NCBI GenBank assembly: GCA_051362555.1
Contig: CM120640.1
Coordinates: 39,348,788 to 39,412,787, forward strand
Length of the DNA: 64,000 bases
Reading direction: 5' to 3'
Origin: Lingula anatina
Lineage: Eukaryota; Animalia; Brachiopoda
The notes under the pieces are model-generated. The model saw only the letters and a program-made list of their open reading frames with translations. It did not search any database and was not told the DNA's origin. A program made the position numbers and the translations under genes. Below, piece after piece: positions 1-12,323 of this stretch (position 1 is the first letter of the stretch; each line of letters starts with the position of its first letter).

Positions 1-3000
1 CATTGAAATAATGCTCAAAGGTCAAAATATTAGAAACAGACATGTTGCGATTCGAACGACAATGAAAAGGACAAAACTTCTGAAAACACCATTTCAACAA
101 AATATGCTTCTTGGATTAGTTTCGTGAAGTGGATGTGTTAATATGCTGTTTATATAAGTATTTTGATTTCAAGGTCACTATTTTGTACAAACTATTTTAT
201 ATTTAAATAATTGTACTTAGCCGCTGGAAAGAAAAAAAAAGATATATGTCTGACTGTCTTTTACTCTGTACTCGTGCAGGCATATATGTATGGGCCGAAT
301 GCGTGTGCCTATCTGCTTTATGTTTCAATGTACATAATATGTAATCTCATAAACGTATGAAGTTATGCATTCTAGTCGAACGCATCGCTTCGCGAAGCAA
401 GTCAATGTACATACTTAATGTGTGTAAAAAAGTGTATCTTCAAACAGGTACATATGGTTATTACAGGTGGCTTCAGCGAGTCGTAATGCATGTTATTCAG
501 TTACAGTTTTGAATAGATGTCAGATTTTACTTATTGCAGGCAGATAGTTTTTCACTGAATGAAAACAGTAGACTTTTTGCAAAGAGAAAGTGGAATCTGC
601 TCATAAACTGAGGACGTGCCATGAATGTACCAGATGTGAGAGACGACCAAGTGAAATATACCAGAGTCGTAATAAATAATCTTAATGGCTGAATGTTTAT
701 TAGATATGAAAGAAGAGCACCAGAGGATGTATATTTAACCACAAGAATCAAGACTGCTGCTTAAAACATTCCCTTTGGCTGGAACTATTACTTAAATGTC
801 CTTCAGTTAAGTCACACAGATGTGTTCCTGTATTGATTTACTTCATTTATAAAACAGCTTCACCCTGGATTTCATAGCGCATACCTGCCACAAAAGATGA
901 TCTAATAATGGAGACATTAAATATATCTTTAAAATTAATGGCATCTTTGTAATGTTCTTTGAAACACAGGGTGAAGGAGTGAATGCCATGACTCACCATT
1001 GTAACTGTCAGATAAAAACCTTTTAGACTTCTAATGTGTTACATATAATGATGTACTTTGCTTTGCCATAGCTGGTTTGTGTTGAATAAAAAGCATTTCC
1101 AATTTTGTACATGCAGGCGTTGGTTATTTATCAGAGACACTTTTTTATGAAAGCATGGATAAAAATGAAAGTTTGCCATAGAAAAATCAATTTGGGATTT
1201 TGGGAGCATTTTGGAGTGGTTGAACCGTTTTGATCCATCTTACCCCATTTCCATTCTGCTGCTTGCAAACCCATTCTTCTCGCAAGCTTAACTCCCAGCC
1301 CACTCACAACTAAATTAGGGATGAACGAACCATTATGATAATAGCCAATATTAAACTGTATTGGCTCAATCCCAGTGAAACTCTCATTCTACAACATAGG
1401 TTGATCTAACTTCACAGTGACTCTTGCTGATTGCAATCAAATTAAGAGATTAACCTGCCTCCTCGTTTCCAACATACTCTTATAATCTCCAGCTTTTCTG
1501 TATGGAGGAGGCTTGCTAAATTGTTCTTCTGATTGCATTCAGCGAGAGTCCCTGCAGAGTCAGGTGGATCTACATAGAATGCTAATTTCACTGAGAATGA
1601 GCCTATGGTTACTTGAGAAAACAGTCTCACGTACTTCATTTTGTATTCACTTAAATTTACCATCATAAATAATTCTAGCCGTACATAACACAGTTTTAAT
1701 CAACAGACTTTATAAAACATCCTAGGTATTTTTCACAAAAGGAGCATATTGTAGTTCCTTCTTTTTTAGTTAAAAATACATGCACTTATAAATTTAAAGT
1801 ATACATGGAAGGCAGTATGATTTCTGGTGAGATACTTTTTTCATTGTCTCTTGTGTAATGATGATAAAAAAGTAAATAGAAACTTTGCTAATGAAACTAA
1901 ATGTGTGAAACAAAGGTAGAAAACAAAGTCTTCTTGAAAATGATTTACTTCTTATCATTACAATTTCTGTTCTTATAAGATGAAGATGGCAATGACGCTT
2001 TGTTCCAAAAAAACATCTGTACATGATGAAAATATGAGTTTGTACATATATACAGAATATACATGGTGGTCCTCTGACTTAACGAAACTCCGAGTAGCAT
2101 TTCAATTACATCCTTCTTGAAACTGTCATTTGAGTTAATGAAGTAACTCCAATACAGATTAACATAACAATGTCACAGTACCGATAGACATGCAAATATG
2201 GATTTAACCAGTGGTGGAAAGGCATTATCTAGAATATGACGCACTTATTATATACTTATCTTCAATTGTTTCACAAATTAAAAGACAAACAGCATTTTCA
2301 TTGTTTTGGCAGTAAATAAAATTTGACCTTGACTGTAACTGATCACTCTTTTAATTCTATATGCATTTTTTTGACTCTGCAAAAATTCTTAATATATCAA
2401 ACAAGAACATTTTTACTTTTGCAAACAGCCACTGAGCACATGGCTTCAAAAAGGCACCAAAAATCTGTTACTGGGCATGTGTATTAACATATATGTAATA
2501 CATATAGATGCTGTACCTGTATGTCAAAAGTAGCACCATTCCTAAAACTGCGTTTAAGTAAGAAATAAATAAGAAAGAAAAAAAGTTGTACAGCTTAATC
2601 AGATAAAATGAACTGCAGCAAGCTTCCTAGAAATGTGTACACTATTAAAATATATATTGGATAAGTTTCAGGTTGAATAACATGGAAAAATATGTGGAAA
2701 CATTGCAAACTACACTTGATGGTCATAAAACAATAATCCCCAAATGCATAAATATAACATTTTATCAATAATGTAGGATTTGAGTAGATTAGCTTTTGGG
2801 GATAAAGACCAACAAATTAAGTATAGAAAAAAGACACACCATAAATGTTTGGTCAAAAATTTTGCCAAAACAGCATTGCTCAATGTAAATAAGAAACTAT
2901 GTGATCTACATGCAGCCATTAAATTCCTTTAATAAAAGACTTTTTCAATAATATTCCTGCATCTGTTTTGGACTGTTTTCTGATATCAATCCTCAAGACA

Positions 3001-3524
3001 GTTTGAAGTCAATAAAATCAACTACTGAGCATTAGTACCTATCAGTAAGTAAAGCATGGCCTAAATATATAAATTGGTTTTGGATAAACAGGGCTGAGAA
3101 TCTTCAGGCCCATGGGGACGCAGCTTGGAAAAAACAAGTGTTAGCTGCCTTGATCCCCATTTCAGGATAATGAAGTTAACTTTCCTCAAAGTCAGTCAAA
3201 AAGCAATATGCTTCCACGCTTCCATCATGCAAACCTTCACAACATCAAAGTTGTGATATACTTGAAAGAATATGAACTGTCAGTCTATCTCTGTCGATGC
3301 TTGAGTGAAAGTGCACCCAGTCTGCTTACTAACCCAATCACTCTGACTGATCATGTTCAAGTGTATTTGACCCCAAAGGGTTTGCAAAACACTCCACAAA
3401 AAAATGTCAGTCAAGAGATTTGTCAAAGTAACTGCCAAATATGCAAAGGCATATGTCTCAGTCACAGTCCCCACATCTGTTTTTCCTCCAGGTCTTACCT
3501 GAAGTAAAGAAATCAACTTGTGCA

Positions 3525-6500
3525 CTAGTCATCCTTTTCATACCCCAGGTCCTCCAACTCCGTGAACTGCTGCATGTGGAATTTTGTCACTTGGTAGTTC
3601 ACCATGATTCTTATGGCAAAGTACCCGCACACACCCTCAAACAAGATAAAGACAAACATCACAATGTGCATGGCCCTCTCCAGAGGTAACAAGACGGCTG
3701 CTTCATTGAACAGCAGGAACATGATCAGTGGAAGTTGTAGGAGTAAAGTCAACAGCCAGAAGCCAGCAAGTTCTGGAACCTGGTAAAAGAATATTGTACA
3801 ATTGTGGGGCATTAAATCGATAAGTAATTTTATTAACACTAAATCTTGTATGGGTTGAATGTTCTATAATACTGAGATTTTCTTTTTCACAGGTTAAGAT
3901 CAGAGGCTGTATACCCTAGAACTGAACCAATCTATCCAATGTAACCAAACAGCCTTCAACTAAAATACAATTTTATTAATTAATGTTAACTGGTCTAACA
4001 AACTCATAGTCATTCTTGCTAAGAATAGCAATAGGTCACCCTTTAAAAACCATTGATAATATTTACTAGAATATATTTTTCAAGGGAAAATGTAAGCAAT
4101 TAATAATATGAGTTGTTATCAATGTTTGATTCTTTTCTACTAGTGCTCACTTCACAGTCTAACACAATTACATGTTTATTCAAATGATTAAATGAAACCG
4201 CATACTGTAATCCCTACATAAGCCATGCTTTAGTAAAGCTCCGAGTTTCCAGGAGAGGCTTCTCACAGTTATCTTGCCACGCGGCTCAGCTAGGGAGAAT
4301 AATTGAGATCGATATGCTACGTTAACAACAGAGTCATAACAATTTCATTATAATGATGCCTGCTGGACATGAGACTTCCATACACCATGTCTCAGCTATA
4401 GTTATACACAGGGGAATAAACCATGTAGCCAGACCAGTCAAACACATGAAAACATATGGACCATCAATAGCTGTAAGACCATTATTGGAAAATGCTGGTG
4501 GGGCCAATTCTCCTGTCTAATTGAAAGTCCATCCTGGGAATTACCTGACAGGAAAGGCAGTCTGTGAAATAAGCTTTTTAGAGTGGTTGTCCCATCGGAC
4601 AACCATTTAAAATTTTTTGGTTGCCCCCATTCACTTTTGGTTGCCCAAATAAATCGAAGAAAACTAATAGAAAACTTCCAAGATCCCTTTTTATTTCAGC
4701 GGGGTGAAGGCTAACATGCGCTGTGTAGCTTTAAACAGATTAATGTATGCAAATAAACAGATGATGACCAGTTTAATGTTAAAGAACCTCAACAGCAACA
4801 ATGCAGCATTTGGTTACGTCTTCCTTCCCACAAACAATTATTTTAAGAACAACTATACATCATCATACATATTGTACAAATACTAGAATATTTTCTAGTA
4901 AAAGAAGGCATTCCAGGTAAAGATTTGAAAACAAGCCAAAATCATAAATGAAGAATATTTTTCTATATATTTCCTGCTAGCAAAGTGTTATAGCATTCTC
5001 CATTTCTCTGCTTCTTAGTCTATTAACTTAGTTTGAAATGTGGACACATATATTTATTATATGTACAATTATCATAGTAAACAATTAAAATGCTGCATTT
5101 TCTGCCATCTCCATCTCATTTACTTCATCACATTCATCTTCACCTTTGTAATAATGATATAGGAAGTACAAGACATGTTGGACAGCATGGACAGACAGGG
5201 TGATCAGAATATAGTGTGTCTGTATATAAGAAGGAATGTCACTTTATTAAACATAATGAAATGTCTAGTTTAGACTAGTCTCTGAAGGACAAAAAAATAA
5301 AAACACTGTTTTCTTCCATCTTCATAGATCTTATCTACTTCATCAAATTCATCTTCATCATTCCCCATTTAAGTAACCAAAGAATCTGTAACTACCTCCT
5401 GCTACAAAAGACAAGTAAATAATTCAATACAAAATATCATACAGTACCATAAAATTGAAAAAAAAAAAAAAATTTTGAAGACTAATTCTTCTCTTTCCAG
5501 AAAAAGTGCTTGTCTAAAAACAAATCAATCGTCATCAGAATTTCACTTTTATCTTTTATTAAAAAGAAGTTAAAATACTTAAAAGCAGAAAACAAGAACA
5601 AGTACAAATTTAAAAAAAATTAAAAAATTGAAACTTACATGTTCTCATTAAAACTCCTAGACTAGACGTTCAGATTCTGCCTTCTGCAGCCGATGCAAGC
5701 AGTCCACCGCGACACTTTGATTAGCAGCAGGAGCCGCCAGCACTCGCGTCGTCGCTTTGACGTGCGGCTCTGAGGACTTGTGCTTCTTAATGCCATCTTA
5801 CTGTAGTGAGGTTTTGCCTTGAACGAAAGGTGAAGAATCTCCTTGACAGCATGCTTTGCACGCTGAGCTATGCTGTCAAAAATGAGCCAAGTGCGCCCGG
5901 ATTGCCGTGACGGTAGAAATCCTCTTCGGCGTGTATCTGTTTAATTTCGTATAATTTCTTTTTCTTTGACATTTCTGGCTCAGTTGTTTGTTAGGGTACC
6001 CTTTATCCGGGGTTTGCACCGTCAAAATATTTCAGAAACTTCTCCATGACGAAAGTTGGCTAGAGAAACACGCGGTAGATACAGAAGCGCAATGATTTTG
6101 AAGTAATGTCCGCCATTGTTTTATTTCGACCAATGAAAAAGCGGCAAACATGACACCCCCCCCTCCCCACTCCCCAGGCATTACGTCATCTTCCTGTCTA
6201 ACCGACCAGCTACTGGCAGTGCTATAAATAACTGTAGATCTAATAATAGCAACAGAGATTCTGCACAAACACGTCGAAGTCAGCAGGTCGGTTACTGCGA
6301 CAGTGAATCTTGTGGAAAACATAACGGTTTAGGTTAACCTAAAATTTTGTTTTCTGTGTAGATTTTGAAAAAGATTTACTCTTTATGTCCATAAATTATT
6401 CAGTTGCCCGACCGGACAACAACTTCGTAATTTTAAGTTGCCCGACGTACTTTTTAGTTGTCCCGGGCAATCGGACAACCGCTTATTTCGCAGACTGGAA

Positions 6501-7479
6501 AGGTGTGACGTCAGAGAGGCTTTTTTAGAAGCCTAGAGACATTTTAATTGGGGTTTTCTTTGAGATCCGAGTTGCAAGGTGAAATGCATCAGTGGATGCC
6601 TTAAAACAACATCTGTGAAGGATGCATTAACAAATCACTATCTAGATGCCACCATATGACATTTTAAAAAATAACTACAAAAACACTTTTACTGGATAAT
6701 TTTTATTCAGTATCTTAGATTTTCAGAAAAGGATACATCAAACATGAAGACAGTGCCAAGAAAATACCATAAAATCTGCTAGCTTTGATTCACAAAGTAC
6801 ACCACCAGAGTCACCTGAGTAATTTTCTTTAGTGACTACATTGCAAATATTGTTTAAAGGGATTATATACTAGATATCTATAGTTAATGATAGTTTTTAA
6901 TTTTGGTGGCTCCAAGGCTTCTAAAAACTAATTTTTGACTGTGAAAAACTTGATCAAACTTTTTGAAGTTGTTTTTTAAACCATAGCTGACTGAGAATGT
7001 CATGTTGCTTAAGCAAAATTAAATGTGAAGACCTTGGAAAAGATGGCTGCAGTATTTCGGGAATCCATGGTCTATGAATATTATATTAATTGTAGATAAT
7101 GACTGGAAAATTATTTTTCTCGTGTTTTTTTCATGCCAAAATGCCATATATATGCCTCCTATTACGATTTTTATATATTTTAAAAACTACCTTATTTGCC
7201 TATATGTATCAGTATAAACAAAGGATACTCATTCCCAAGATATTTCTAATGAAATTATAGTGCCTCTACATATCATTATGAAGACATATTTAGATATATC
7301 CAAGTTATCAGAAATCTTGCCAAAAGCAAGCAAAAGGTCTCTCTAATGTAGAAAATGCCTCTAATAAAAAAAAACATGAAAACATCAATCAAAGAGGTCA
7401 AGCAGGAATTGCCTTGTTGCATGCTAAACCTACATCAGTTCAAATTAAACACTCTGTAAGATTAGAAATAGTGCCCATA

Positions 7480-7525
<46 letters not shown>

Positions 7526-10500
7526 ATCATTTGCCACTCGAAAAAAAAAAAAGAGATGCTATGTGGAACATTGGCCATAGATCAACCATTACATTAATCT
7601 GCACTCCACCTCTCTGTAGAGTCTTCCACAAGACTGCATTACAATATGCTAAAAAACCATCATAACATATCCTAATCTTGTTCGCCTGCAAAATATTACT
7701 CTGCTGAAATAAGAGCTCTTGGGTCCTCGGATCAACAAACATGAAGACTTCACTATAAAGTTCTTCCTTATAAAACAACTGAATCTTCACAGGCCTATGG
7801 CCAGCAATTGAAATGAGGGGGTTCTTTTTATGAAAAAGTGGACCTTTGACCATGAAATCTTCATGATTCTAGATCAAATTTAACCCAGAGCAGACCTTTT
7901 CCCAGCAAAAGGGTGGTTCATTGGACCTCCCCCACCCCCTCCCCCTCGTTTAAGTACTGCTTGACACTGGTTACAAACCTTCTCTGTCAAGTTTCCTACA
8001 TATCCCAGGTAGAGGCGGATGGCTTCCACAATGGTCATCACAACCAGCACCGCTATCAGGATAATCTGGTACAAGGTGTCCAAGGCTAAGTACTGGTATG
8101 ATTTGGAAAAAAAAAACAAACAAATTTTAAATTGAGGAGGCTTCCTCATATTTCACAAACACCATTTCTGCCATAGCGATTTTGATAAAAATTGTAAGAC
8201 AAAATCTACTCACCATATGAGTAAAAAATATGAAAAAAAATTGGTGATAATCCAGCTTGCTTTCAGGAGGTAGTGTCCCACTTCAATCAAAATAACAACA
8301 ATTTAACAAAGCTTTCATTAAAGGATGAATTACATATTTATTACATGTTACATTTTGAACATTAGTCCCTGTTGTAAGAAAGTACTAAAGCTAATATGAA
8401 AGAGCCTGCTTAAAGGAGATGAAGACTTTTATATCAATCAACATGAAAAACTGGTTTGTTTGTGTTTGGAATGTTAGGCCAGGTTCAAATAAGGAAATTT
8501 ACATTTGAAACATTGTTTCTAGATGGATACAAAACTAATTCTAATGGTACTACCATCTAATGGTCACATGTTGCTGTCAACGGAGGCTCCACTTCAAATG
8601 CCATTTAAATTGCACATGCAGTTTAGGAGTAATGACAAAATTATCCTTGTTGAAAATTGCTATGTTAACCAATTTTGTGTGACATCTGTTGGCTTTCTTT
8701 CACAAGGAAAAAACAAGAGATGAAAACCATACAGGGCCCCAAAACGTGTTGTGTTAATCTTATTTTGAACCAAAATGTCACATTTCTAAACCCGACCAGT
8801 AGTGTGTATTCATGTAATTTGACAAGACTGTAATGGAATTTGTTCTTGACCTTTAATAACATGGCCACTCAGATACCCCTAGTAAACACCATCATCGCCA
8901 TGTTCTTAAATATTCAATAAAGCTTTTCCAAGTTGCCTCAGATATTAATAGAGGAAATCCATCTTGGTCTCTGTGCTTAAACTATAGCCTAAGTACTCAA
9001 AATGAGACCTGATCAGATCAATATCTGTAATGTGCTGAGCTGAAGATTTAAAGAACAGATCGGTTGGGTTTATGTCATCAGAATAGCATTCAAACCAGGT
9101 CAAACAAACAAACAAAAATATTCTCCTAACTTCAGGAGGTACACAAATGGAATGGCAGCTCCCTGCTTTGTACATTAGTCTTTATGAACCTACATGTACA
9201 CACCACAACTAGTGCGGACTGATTAACTTAAAAGTACATTACACTTATTTGGTTAGTCTAAGAACAGTTATGAATGCAACCCAGGCCCATAGTCAGCAAT
9301 TTCAAAGGAAGGGGAGGAAGGGGATGAGGGATGGTTCATTTCCTGGAAAATTAGACCTTCCACCATGAAATCTTCATGTGCCAGAATCAATTTCACCATG
9401 AGCAGACCTTTTCCTGGCAAAAAGGGCAGTTTGTTCGGACAACAGGCCTCCAGCCCAAGTCATCACCCCTGATACACTGTGCCATTATAGTGTATTAGAT
9501 TATGCCCCAAGAACACCGAAAAACCTATACCTAGGAACAATATACACACCTTTATTCTATTCCTTCAGAATATTTGATGTTATATCATTTAAATGGTTCA
9601 GCTATCATTAAAAAATACGACACATTTTTGCTTGAGACCATTTTCCAGTTGCCACTGTAAGTTCCATTTGAAAATCTTGTCTAAAAATCAAGATACCTTT
9701 CTTCAAATCAGAAAATACCATTATCCTATTTCAGAATCACTACAATTCAAAAAAAGAGAGAAGACTTAAAACAACAGCTAGTTGATGTTATTTTAGATCA
9801 TAGAAGAAAACTTTAAAAAATCAACAACAGTTCATGCACTGTTGAATTCTTCGACAGCTTGTCATGCAGCAACCTTGATGTATGTGCTCATTAGGGTTTC
9901 CCAGTAAGGGTATTCAATAGAAATGGATAACACTGGATTATAATCAATATTTCAAAGACCTTAAGCTGCATGCATATTATGTTAGCAAATGGACTGAAAT
10001 AGCAAGTTTTCTCAGTGGACATGTATGATGTGTGTACACATTTCCACCTAATTAACTAGTATCATAATCAACTATTAATTTGCAGCTACACCAGTTTAAC
10101 ATTTTGTGTAGACTAATCAATCAGATTAAACATTTCCATCCTCCTATTTATTTGACTACTCTGCATCAAAATATTCTTGTACAATGGAAGATGTCTAGAA
10201 CAAAATACTAAAACAAAATACAAAATTATTTATGATCATGACTAAGTATGCAAAAACAATAAAAACATCATTTTAACTATATATCAGATGGGCATGAGTG
10301 CTTATGCTCAGGTCTAAGTTATGGTTCAGAATAATTAAAATGAATGAATAAATGAACAAGTGAGTAGGTAGACAAAGGAAGTTCATTATGACATATAATG
10401 TAATTACCAGTAATTATTATCCATTTTAAAATATCAAATTTTCCTACAATTGGTATTCTCACGTGCACTTTTTCTCTTCACTTTAATCACTCTCTTATAG

Positions 10501-11665
10501 TGCATATATACAATCCAACTCAAAGTGACAAGAATAAATATTATCACTTTTGTGTATTAAATGACAAAAAACCTCATTCCAAACAAATGTCATATATTAT
10601 AACTTTGAGTGTCACAGTATGTGCCAGTGCTTACCTTAGCCTCCAGCATGACAACAGCAGTGACCAGCCAGATGGGATAATAAAACACATTGAAGTATAG
10701 AGACATCTGCAGTGGGAGGTTGGACATATATTCATTACCTGTTAAAAAATAATGTTGATAATTTGTGTCCTGACATTTTTATGTTGTTTAAGGGATGTCA
10801 TTACCTTTTTTATAACACAACTTTATAAATTTATCTATCCTCTGTCATTCATTCACTTATTTTTCTATCCTCATTATTTTTTTTCTTCTCTTTAGAAATA
10901 TAATTATCTACCTCAAGAAGAAAATAATATTATAATTAACAAAAATCTAAAATTCTTTGCACATATCAGTTGACATGTCTGCATTTCTCTTCAGTGGCAA
11001 ACTTTGACTTTTTCTTATCTTGGCATTAAATGTAAAAAAAAAAATACTTTGAAAATTTCTTGATAAATATTAATTATTGACAACTGACAGAAGTTTTAAT
11101 TTTCAGTTAAATTTATCTCAGGTGTCAACAAGTTCCATTCTATGATACGGATGTATGTTATGACAAACAATATAACACCATGCAAAAAAGTGTTATATAA
11201 AATCCCACTTGTACTCAGCACAGTGAACCACTGAAGGTTTGCAGATTTCAAGCAAAACAATTTCACCAACATATGACAGTACTAGTAATGTGTTAGAGAA
11301 GCAAACTGATTGACCGGATAAAACAAACCAACCAACGCTCGATAAGAAAATTTGCATCGACTATATACTGCGACCACAACTCAATAAATAATCATAAATA
11401 AAATATCATGAGGATATCTTCAAATTATCAAATAATTTGTTTGAAAACAACCTTCTACCGAACCATTTCCATTAGGCATTACTTAAGTCAACGTAAAGAG
11501 AGTTGTTTGATAACAAATAAGGGTCCATTTCAAACCGCTTTAGACACACTGTGCTTGTTTACCTGAGTTCAATATATGATGTTGCTGGCCATCTTTTGAA
11601 GCTCTGGAAACGGGAAAAACAACATCAGTCACTTGTGTGACGGCCCTTCTCATGGTTGCCGCCAT
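3525..11665 (-). CDS. TMEM17: Transmembrane protein 17 (ciliary transition-zone/MKS module), 4 exons, 191 aa
   Basis: Exons 11665-11563, 10738-10635, 8092-7979 and 3779-3525, all GT-AG with matching phases, total 576 nt. Translation includes GNEYMSNLPLQMSLYFNVFYYPIW, EAIRLYLGYVGNLTEKVPELAGFWLLTLLLQLP and LPLERAMHI, which are TMEM17 family motifs. Start context gcaacATGgcg. Confidence 0.93.
4558..6497. mobile_element. Internally deleted hAT-type DNA transposon in TMEM17 intron 3
   Basis: TIRs CAGTCTGTGAAATAAGC and GCTTATTTCGCAGACTG (16/17 match). Subterminal GGTTGTCC/CGGACAAC/GTTGCCC motifs at both ends. Direct repeat GAAAGG on both flanks (4552-4557, 6498-6503). Confidence 0.85.
5650..6047 (-). 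pseudogene. Degenerate N-terminus of a hAT transposase with a ZNF862/TTF-type zinc finger
   Basis: Across stops and frameshifts it reads MEKFLKYFDG ... FLPSRQSGRTWLIFD ... CKACCQGDSSPFVQGKTSLQ*DGIKKHKSSEPH. This fits the F-x-P-S-W...WL...CxxC...F..G......I..H..S..H pattern. It lies inside the TIR element. Confidence 0.65.
7483..7522. repeat. (AT)n microsatellite
   Basis: Pure AT run. Confidence 0.95.
7790..7950. repeat. Short interspersed repeat (MITE-like), copy 1; related copy at about 9282-9450
   Basis: Blocks ggcc(t/c)at(g/a)g(c/t)cagcaatt, accatgaaatcttcatg and gagcagaccttttcc..gcaaaa occur at both places. Confidence 0.6.
9282..9450. repeat. Short interspersed repeat (MITE-like), copy 2
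   Basis: Aligns by eye to 7790-7950. Confidence 0.6.
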
Positions 11666-11960
11666 GTTGCTGGTGTCACGTGATGTAAACATTTATGACA
11701 ACCTTTGTTTCGGGATGTTTCAGATCATTATTGACACCAAAAGATGCTTATTTGTAAAAATATTATTCCCTTTTATTGCAGACAAACATAATCTACAATG
11801 CATTAACTCTGCTTCATTACGCTGTCGTTGCTTTCGTAGAATACTCTCGCGAGATCTCGTGGTTATCGAGATCTTACAACGCTCCACATTCGAACTTGTG
11901 AATATCTGTCTATCTTTGTTATTATTATGTTTTTGCATTCCTAAAAGCTTTAAAATACAG
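11666..11960. promoter_or_regulatory. CpG-retaining bidirectional promoter between TMEM17 (-) and the SPAG5-like gene (+)
   Basis: Head-to-head starts (ATGs at 11665 and 12324). E-box GTCACGTGA 11675-11683, forkhead GTAAACA 11685-11691, palindrome TCTCGCGAGA 11845-11854, CHR-like TTCGAA 11889-11894. Probable donor of a non-coding first exon, gtaagt at 11960. Confidence 0.7.
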
Positions 11961-12323
11961 TAAGTATTACGTTATCGGATTAATACTCGAAATTGTTATT
12001 CGATTTAGATGCTTGGCTTTTTAAAAAGTTTGGGAATTTCAAAAAGACTCCAAAATCTACACCTCTAAAAATATTAATAATACAACTTTTTTCCAGGTAG
12101 ATCTAAGTAGCATTCTTATTGAGAACCTTGGAAAAAATCTTTAGTATACATATATAATAGATTCACGAACTATTAAGACGTTCCTCTAGAGACAGAAACT
12201 GATGCTTAAATGAAGATAAATTATGTGTACTCTATTTCTAAACACCGATTGAATCTCTAAAATTGTTTTTCTGAATTTATTTTTATTACAGTGTATCAAG
12301 AAGTATAAAAGATAACCATAACG

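Noticed and set aside
1-520. CpG-richer start with the palindrome GCTTCGCGAAGC
   Set aside because: No ORF, TIR or recognisable RNA; context is cut off by the window edge.
3208-3525. ORFs next to the TMEM17 stop as a possible readthrough extension
   Set aside because: The TMEM17 frame hits TGA four codons after TAG; these ORFs are in other frames within the 3' UTR.
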